Position numbers and translations under genes: made by a program. A stretch of 64,000 nucleotides of DNA from a bacterium (GTDB taxonomy: Bacteria > Bacillota_I > Bacilli_A > RF39 > UBA660), in the NCBI GenBank assembly GCA_030525085.1, contig JAUNFK010000002.1, forward strand, positions 123 to 64,122. The letters are read 5' to 3'. The notes under the pieces are model-generated. The model was not told where the DNA came from and made no database searches. It saw nothing but the letters and a program-made list of their open reading frames with translations. Positions 58,419 through 64,000 of this stretch are shown piece by piece (within the stretch, counting starts at the first letter, position 1; every line of letters begins with the position of its first letter).

Positions 58419-59501
58419 TTATATTTCTTTTTTATTCGGAATTGTTTTTGTTATAGGTGTTTTTATTAATGCTTTTGTATACTGAAAATTTTTATAATTT
58501 TGTTTAGGAATAGTAAAATCCTTGCCCCATGATGAAACTACTATGTCATTATTTTCATCAAACCCTACAATTAACATACTGTGTCCTGCCTCTTTAGAAG
58601 ATACGCCTACTTTTTCTTTGTTTGATGTTATAAATGTATCACTGTTTGGAGAAGAAGCAACTTCTAATACATATCCTTCATTTAACAATTCTTTTAAATA
58701 TTCTTGAAACTCTTCATATGTCCTGTTATTTATTACAAGAGGTTCACTTGTAAATTCAATTCTTATATTTTTTTCTAATAAATAATAATTTATCCATGCA
58801 TTAATATTGCTTTTTATTAACCCAGATAATTTCGATTCTGGAGAATTATCATGTTCTTCAAATGTAATATCCTTTTCTGCTAAGAGTTTTTTTAATTTTT
58901 CTTTATCCATATTTTCATCGTTAATGTTTAGTAATGATTTTGCAATTTCTGGATATGACCCAAGTATTACTTCGTTAATTGGTTTGACGTTTTTATATCT
59001 ATTTTCTTTGGTTATCTCATCGATTCCGTCTGAAATAATACCATTATTAAAAAGTTCTATAATTGCTTCTTGCTCGCTAGCAAAATCTTTGCCAAGTAAA
59101 TCTTTTGCTGCTGATACAGCATTTTTGTAATGATAAGTCTGATATTTATGTACAGTTAATTTAACTTTATCGTATAAAAATGCAAACATATCAAGCATCA
59201 ACATATTACAGTCAAGTGTTTCATCATCATGACTTAATGAAAATCCGAAAATTTCTTTAATAACTGAATCTGTTAACTCTTGACTTGAGTCTATTATAAT
59301 TTTAGTAATTATGGCATTAGCAATATATGCATATGTACAGCCTTTTTGTTCTAATTCAAATAATATGTTTGGATTATTAATTCCATTTTTTTTCAAAATT
59401 TCCATGTAATCATAAATTGTTTTTTTAGTTATTTTTGATTTAAATATTTTTTTAAATTGTTCTTTTGGAAATCCTTGATTAGCATAACATATATACTGCA
59501 T
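58419..59501 (-). CDS. element cargo protein, putative papain-like (Cys/His) peptidase-fold protein
   Basis: ELEQKGCTYAYIANAII (Gln-x-x-Cys followed by an aromatic, papain-like nucleophile context) and C-terminal GHSMLIVGFDENNDIV (His then Asp/Asn). No signal peptide. Confidence 0.35.
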   Translation of the reverse strand: MQYICYANQGFPKEQFKKIFKSKITKKTIYDYMEILKKNGINNPNILFELEQKGCTYAYIANAIITKIIIDSSQELTDSVIKEIFGFSLSHDDETLDCNMLMLDMFAFLYDKVKLTVHKYQTYHYKNAVSAAKDLLGKDFASEQEAIIELFNNGIISDGIDEITKENRYKNVKPINEVILGSYPEIAKSLLNINDENMDKEKLKKLLAEKDITFEEHDNSPESKLSGLIKSNINAWINYYLLEKNIRIEFTSEPLVINNRTYEEFQEYLKELLNEGYVLEVASSPNSDTFITSNKEKVGVSSKEAGHSMLIVGFDENNDIVVSSWGKDFTIPKQNYKNFQYTKALIKTPITKTIPNKKEI

Positions 59502-59856
59502 AATAACACCAGCTTTCTATATTAAATCATATCATATAATTTGTTTTTTATAAATTGATACATTGCAAATAAAGTAGCTAATTAGTTATTTAATTTAAAG
59601 TATTTTCATAAATTGAACTAGAAACTTAAAGTATTCTTAAGGAGGAATTTTTATATTAAAAATAAAACAAATTATATAATTGAAAATGAATTTATAACAA
59701 ACGCTAAAAATGAAGACGAATTAACTGAGATATTTAATAAAAAGTGGGCAGTGATTATTTCAAGTTTTAATAATGAAGTAAAAAGTTTCAACGTTGTGTA
59801 ATTTTATTATAGATTGATTATGTCGTATTTTTTTATTAATTACGAAAGGAATATTT

Positions 59857-61953
59857 ATGTTAGAGAATGAAAAAGACTCTGAATGCAGCAACTTGCGTAA
59901 CGTGTCAAGTTTAAATATTGATTATTTGAAAACAACTGAATTTAAGATGATTAAAAAGTTACTCTCTGAAGACAATTTAGAATATATAACAGATTATTTA
60001 AGAGATTTATTAAATGTATCCAAAGAAAATAACCCAGATTGTTTTGTAAAAAAGACTCCATTTGATTCTTTACATAGTCATGAAAAAAGAGGAATCATGT
60101 ATGTTAGGTTATCTCAGGAAGATTTGGATAAAGAAGAAGGTAATGTTAGTAAAAGCATTTTAAATCAAATATTAATGTTGTTATCTTATTGTAATGATAA
60201 AAAAATTAAAGTTGTTGGTATATTCTATGAAGAAGATATAAGTGGAAGTGACAGGTCACGTATTGAATGGAATAAAACGCTTCGGTTTTGTGAGCTTGGA
60301 AATACAGATATTTATATTTGCAAGACTCAAGCTAGATTTGCAAGGAGTATCGAATTTGTAGAAAAATATTTACATAAAAAGTTTATAGAATGGAATATTA
60401 GATTTTTAAGTATTGTAGATAATATTGATACTTTTAACAAGGGAAATAAAAAATCGAGTCAAATAACCGCAATGGTAGACGAATGGAAACTTGAAGAACA
60501 GTCTATAAATACTAAAAAAACTTTAAGAGCTAAAAATGATGCTGGACAATGGACAGGCTCTTTTGCTCCATACGGTTATATGGAAGATCCGGATGATATG
60601 TATCATTTAGTAGTAGATGAAGAAGCAGCTAAAGTTGTAAGAGAAATATATTCTATGTATGCTAATGGATATGGATATTATAAAATCTGTCAATGTCTTA
60701 ATGAGAGAAAAATACCAACTCCAAGTAAATATAAAAAATTACATGGTTTAAAATTTGTTTGTGGTAAAGCTCCGAATGGTGCCGAGTTTTGGAACACAGA
60801 TACAATAAAAAAAATATTATTAGATGAGACTTACGACGGTATTTTAATCCAACATAGAACTGAGAAAGTTGCTTATAACATTAAGAGGTACAGGAAGGTT
60901 CCAAGAAACGAACAAAGTATTATAGCATGTGCACACGATAGAATTGTAGATTCAGATGTTTCTAATACAGTCAGGAAAAAATTTGCTGATAGAAAATTTA
61001 AAATTGATTTAGATAATGCTAGAAAATGTTCAACTCAATTGATATGTTATGTTAAAGAATGTCTCAAAAATTTAAGTATTGAGAAAGTAAAAAGTGAAGA
61101 AATAAACACTGCAATAAAAGAATTAGAAAATGATTTAATAAGTGACGATATTAAGCTTATAACTAATAAATACGGTAATTTAAGAGAAAAGATAAGCACT
61201 TTAAATAACGATTTGTACTCTTCGATTAATGATAAACTGGATATTTTTACGACATCAAAATCAAGATCTCGTCCTGGGAAAAATGGTGATATTCATATTT
61301 TTAGTAGAAAAGTTTACTGTGCCGTTTGTGGTAAGGCTTTTCAAAAAAATAATAGTAAATCAGGTTCAAAAGAAAAATTATTAAAGAAAGCTTACTTACA
61401 TTGTGGAAATCATAAAAAAACTGGTGGAATTCAATGTGATAATAATGGATATATTAGTTATGATGTTTTAGAAGAATTAGTTTTAAATGAAATAAATAAA
61501 ATTATAAAAAAATATTATAGTACCGAAAAAATAGAAAAATATTATTCTTTAAAAAAGCAAAGTTATGATTGTGAGAAAGATATTATAATATTAGAAAATG
61601 AAAAAAAAGATATAGAAAAAAAATTAAATAAAAAAAATGAACATTTGGTTATGTTATATGAAGATAAAATAGAAGGGATAATTACTACTGATGAATTTGT
61701 TATATTGAAAAGTAAATATCAAAAAGATGTGGATAACTTTAGTTCAAGGATTAAGGAAATAAAAAAAGAAATAAACAGATCAAATATAAAAAAAACTGTT
61801 GATGACAATAAAAATAATATATTAAAAAAATATACTCACATTACTAAACTTAATAGACGAATTGTTAATGATTTTATAGAAAAAATTTTAATTGGAAAAA
61901 AAGATGATAACAATAATAGATTTATTAAAATTTTTTGGGATTTTAATATATAA
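59857..61953 (+). CDS. large serine recombinase (resolvase/invertase catalytic domain + recombinase domain + zinc ribbon + coiled coil)
   Basis: IMYVRLSQEDLD (catalytic Ser), DISGSDRSR, RFARS. Zinc ribbon CAVCGKAF...HCGNHKKTGGIQC. C-terminal coiled-coil KEINRSNIKK. GAAAGGA RBS before ATG 59857. An alternative internal start at ATG 60097 (MYVRLS) would give a canonical N-terminus. Confidence 0.85.
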   Translation: MLENEKDSECSNLRNVSSLNIDYLKTTEFKMIKKLLSEDNLEYITDYLRDLLNVSKENNPDCFVKKTPFDSLHSHEKRGIMYVRLSQEDLDKEEGNVSKSILNQILMLLSYCNDKKIKVVGIFYEEDISGSDRSRIEWNKTLRFCELGNTDIYICKTQARFARSIEFVEKYLHKKFIEWNIRFLSIVDNIDTFNKGNKKSSQITAMVDEWKLEEQSINTKKTLRAKNDAGQWTGSFAPYGYMEDPDDMYHLVVDEEAAKVVREIYSMYANGYGYYKICQCLNERKIPTPSKYKKLHGLKFVCGKAPNGAEFWNTDTIKKILLDETYDGILIQHRTEKVAYNIKRYRKVPRNEQSIIACAHDRIVDSDVSNTVRKKFADRKFKIDLDNARKCSTQLICYVKECLKNLSIEKVKSEEINTAIKELENDLISDDIKLITNKYGNLREKISTLNNDLYSSINDKLDIFTTSKSRSRPGKNGDIHIFSRKVYCAVCGKAFQKNNSKSGSKEKLLKKAYLHCGNHKKTGGIQCDNNGYISYDVLEELVLNEINKIIKKYYSTEKIEKYYSLKKQSYDCEKDIIILENEKKDIEKKLNKKNEHLVMLYEDKIEGIITTDEFVILKSKYQKDVDNFSSRIKEIKKEINRSNIKKTVDDNKNNILKKYTHITKLNRRIVNDFIEKILIGKKDDNNNRFIKIFWDFNI

Positions 61954-62101
61954 CCAGCTGTGTATAAGAGTATTTGCCATGCCCTGCATCTATGATGATG
62001 GTTTTACCTAGTAGTGGGAAAGTACTTGAAGCTCCACTAACAGAAAACGTAAATGCTAATAAAAACATAATTATTAATATAATATATAAATATTTTCTCA
62101 T
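61943..62101 (-). CDS. cwlD: CwlD N-terminal segment (signal peptide + start of Amidase_3 domain) ending in element-derived codons
   Basis: MRKYLYIILIIMFLLAFTFSVSGASSTFPLLGKTIIIDAGHG, then KYSYTQLVIY and a stop read from element sequence. The D-A-G-H-G motif is the expected partner of the AHGGKDGGA start of the 57857-58405 segment. Confidence 0.75.
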   Translation of the reverse strand: MRKYLYIILIIMFLLAFTFSVSGASSTFPLLGKTIIIDAGHGKYSYTQLVIY

Positions 62102-62120
62102 AATATATTATATGCGTTAA

Positions 62121-62146
62121 TAAAAAAAACAGCATATCGCTGTTTT
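62121..62146 (-). terminator. intrinsic terminator after the acyl-CoA synthetase gene
   Basis: Minus-strand ACAGCGATATGCTGT followed by TTTTTTTT. Confidence 0.6.
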
Positions 62147-63880
62147 TTAATCCATTTTTTCTAATTCTTTATATGCTATTTTTCCGACTAAGGTTGTTGG
62201 TAGTTCATCTATATATCTTATTTCTCTAGGTATTTCATATCTTGCTAAGTTTTCTTTCATATATTTTTGAATGCTACTTTTTGTTAGAAGATTATTATAA
62301 CCTTCTCTTAGCACGATAAAGGCTTTAACTATTTCTCCTTTTGATTCGTTTTTGACACCGATAACGGCACATTTTAATATTGCTTCATGATTAGTCAAAA
62401 TTTCTTCAACATGTGATGGGTAAACGTTATATCCGCTTGTTATAATCATTCTTTTTAGTCTTGATTTATAATGAAATAATCCTCTTTTATCAACGCAGGC
62501 GATGTCACCTGTATGAAGCCAGATTTTCCCTTCCATTTCAAATAATGTATTATTTGTTTCTTCTGGCTCTTCAAGGTAGCCTAGCATGACATTTGGTCCA
62601 GTTATTATTAATTCACCATCTACTTCTAATGGTGTTTCTTTTTTAGTATTGATATCTATTATTTTAAATTCAGTATTTGGAAATGGATACCCAATTACGT
62701 CTGATTCATTAAGTATTCCATTAGGCGATAATGATACTACTCCAGATGATTCTGTAAGTCCGTAGCCTATTTTTAGTTCTGTTTCACACCCATAATCATG
62801 TAAAAATTCATTTACTCTGTTTTTTAAATCTATACTCATGGCGTCGCCACCACAAACTACTAATTTAAGAATACTTAATTCATTTTTACGAAATTTCATT
62901 TTTGATATTGCATCATATAAAGTTGGTACTCCACATAAAACATTAAATTTATATTTTCTTACGTATTTTTTGAATTTTTTTGCATTAAATTGTGGAATTA
63001 GTATTGCTCTCATGCCGTTATACAATGGTGTATGTGTACAAATGCCAATGCCGAATGCATGAAAGTTTGGTAAAAAAGTTAAGAAGGCATTTTCTGGCTC
63101 TAGTGCTTCTGGTTCTGTGTATTTACTTTGAAGAGCTTGGGCATTAAATGAATAATTTGATATTACTACTCCTTTTGGTTTGCCAGTTGTTCCACCACTA
63201 TAGAGAATTACTGCTGGGTCTTGTGAAGATACAAGTTCATAAGGATCTTCAGTGTATTCATTTGCTTTTGAAATAAAATGGTCCCATAAAATTATTTTTT
63301 CTGTCTCTTCAATATTTATTTTTCTTCCTTTTACTAACCAATATAGGAAAGCAGTTATTCTTTCCATAGATTTTGTTGCGCTGGTTACAATAACTTTTTC
63401 TAAAGCAGTGTTGTCGATGATGTTACTGACTTTTTTATACGCGATATCTATACAAAGCATTATCTTAGAATTACTTTTATTTAAATAATACTCTATGTCC
63501 TTTTCACTTGATAACGGATGAATCATATTTGCAACAGCACCAATTTCATTTATCGCATAGAACATTGTTACTTCTTCTGGAGTATTTGGCATACAAATTG
63601 TAACTTTATCGCCTTTTTGAACGCCTAAAGCTTTTAATGCTTTAGCAACTTTATTTATTCTTTTAATTAATTGTTTGTAAGTTATTTGATTGTTTTCATA
63701 TTCTATAGCGGTGTTGTATGGGTATTTTAGTGCACTTTCGTATACAGCATCATATAAACTTCCCTCAAAATATTTGACATTTTTTGGCAACTTTTTATGA
63801 TGATAATGCCATTTATTAATTATTTTAACACTTACTTTTCTATACGCATTTCTTACTTTAAGATATAATTTTTCTAACAT
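62147..63880 (-). CDS. AMP-dependent synthetase/ligase (long-chain-fatty-acid--CoA ligase-like)
   Basis: AMP-binding signature LYSGGTTGKPKGVVISNYSF plus a downstream ...GYGLTES... motif. Confidence 0.8.
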   Translation of the reverse strand: MLEKLYLKVRNAYRKVSVKIINKWHYHHKKLPKNVKYFEGSLYDAVYESALKYPYNTAIEYENNQITYKQLIKRINKVAKALKALGVQKGDKVTICMPNTPEEVTMFYAINEIGAVANMIHPLSSEKDIEYYLNKSNSKIMLCIDIAYKKVSNIIDNTALEKVIVTSATKSMERITAFLYWLVKGRKINIEETEKIILWDHFISKANEYTEDPYELVSSQDPAVILYSGGTTGKPKGVVISNYSFNAQALQSKYTEPEALEPENAFLTFLPNFHAFGIGICTHTPLYNGMRAILIPQFNAKKFKKYVRKYKFNVLCGVPTLYDAISKMKFRKNELSILKLVVCGGDAMSIDLKNRVNEFLHDYGCETELKIGYGLTESSGVVSLSPNGILNESDVIGYPFPNTEFKIIDINTKKETPLEVDGELIITGPNVMLGYLEEPEETNNTLFEMEGKIWLHTGDIACVDKRGLFHYKSRLKRMIITSGYNVYPSHVEEILTNHEAILKCAVIGVKNESKGEIVKAFIVLREGYNNLLTKSSIQKYMKENLARYEIPREIRYIDELPTTLVGKIAYKELEKMD

Positions 63881-64000
63881 TTTAGTCCTCTTTTCTCACT
63901 TAAGTTTATGATTAACTATATATATTATATTAACATAAATAAATGATTAAAAAAAGAAACCATTAAGATTTTTTTTGAAGTTGTAAAATAAAAGTAGACA

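Larger units (their letters stand above)
58400..61980. mobile_element. about 3.6-kb intervening element inserted in cwlD, carrying a large serine recombinase and a cargo gene (skin-like)
   Basis: It separates the two same-strand halves of cwlD. The ends are imperfect inverted repeats (left TATGCACAGTTATAT, right ATATAACCAGCTGTGTATA), and the recombinase gene stops within about 30 bp of the right junction. Boundaries are good to about +/-15 bp. Confidence 0.75.

Noticed and set aside
62102-62125. CATATAATA just upstream of the cwlD ATG, resembling a sigma-K -10 element (CATA---TA)
   Set aside because: Only about 9 nt from the start codon and overlapping the upstream gene's terminator. It cannot be placed convincingly with a -35 element, so it is left uncalled.

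Overview
AT-rich (roughly 27-28% GC), standard genetic code (long ORFs run through TGA-free frames). The gene content points to a spore-forming, low-GC Firmicute of the Clostridia type: gerQ, cwlD, walJ, rplI-dnaB, rpsF-ssb-rpsR, a glmS ribozyme and a T-box leader are all present. Laid out left to right: (1) 366-14514, all on the minus strand, is a cell-wall glycopolymer locus. It has two GT2 enzymes, two acyltransferase-3 O-acyltransferases and a 1097-aa trimodular glycosyltransferase (two GT2 domains plus a TagF-like glycerophosphotransferase domain). It also carries a complete GDP-D-glycero-D-manno-heptose pathway (gmhA, an hddC-gmhB fusion, hddA) plus an NAD-dependent epimerase/dehydratase, a TagG/TagH-type ABC exporter and a TagA-like GT26 enzyme. 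(2) 14665-16469 encodes a membrane-anchored secreted beta-helix-like surface protein. (3) glmS is preceded by a textbook sigma-A promoter and a glmS ribozyme. (4) A minus-strand operon runs degenerate ABC-ATPase-like pair, truA, tagO/wecA, unknown protein. (5) Housekeeping genes follow: ctpA-like S41 peptidase, a YihY protein, a GGDEF protein with a degenerate active site, ligA, pcrA, an XRE regulator, rnr, a transglutaminase-like protein, a YfcC transporter, lysS (T-box leader, unusual C-terminal tRNA-binding domain), an ABC-F ATPase, gerQ, ung, a Nudix hydrolase, rlmH, walJ, an M23/LysM peptidase, dnaB, rplI, rpsR-ssb-rpsF, asnB, ychF, an ATP-grasp protein and htrA. (6) The most interesting region is 56.8-62.2 kb. 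An Abi_2 abortive-infection gene sits next to the sporulation amidase gene cwlD. cwlD is split into an N-terminal segment (about 61943-62101) and a C-terminal segment (about 57857-58405) by a roughly 3.6-kb intervening element. The element encodes a 698-aa large serine recombinase and a 360-aa candidate papain-like Cys/His cargo protein. This looks like a skin-type sporulation intervening element located in cwlD. No CRISPR array, rRNA or tRNA gene was seen.
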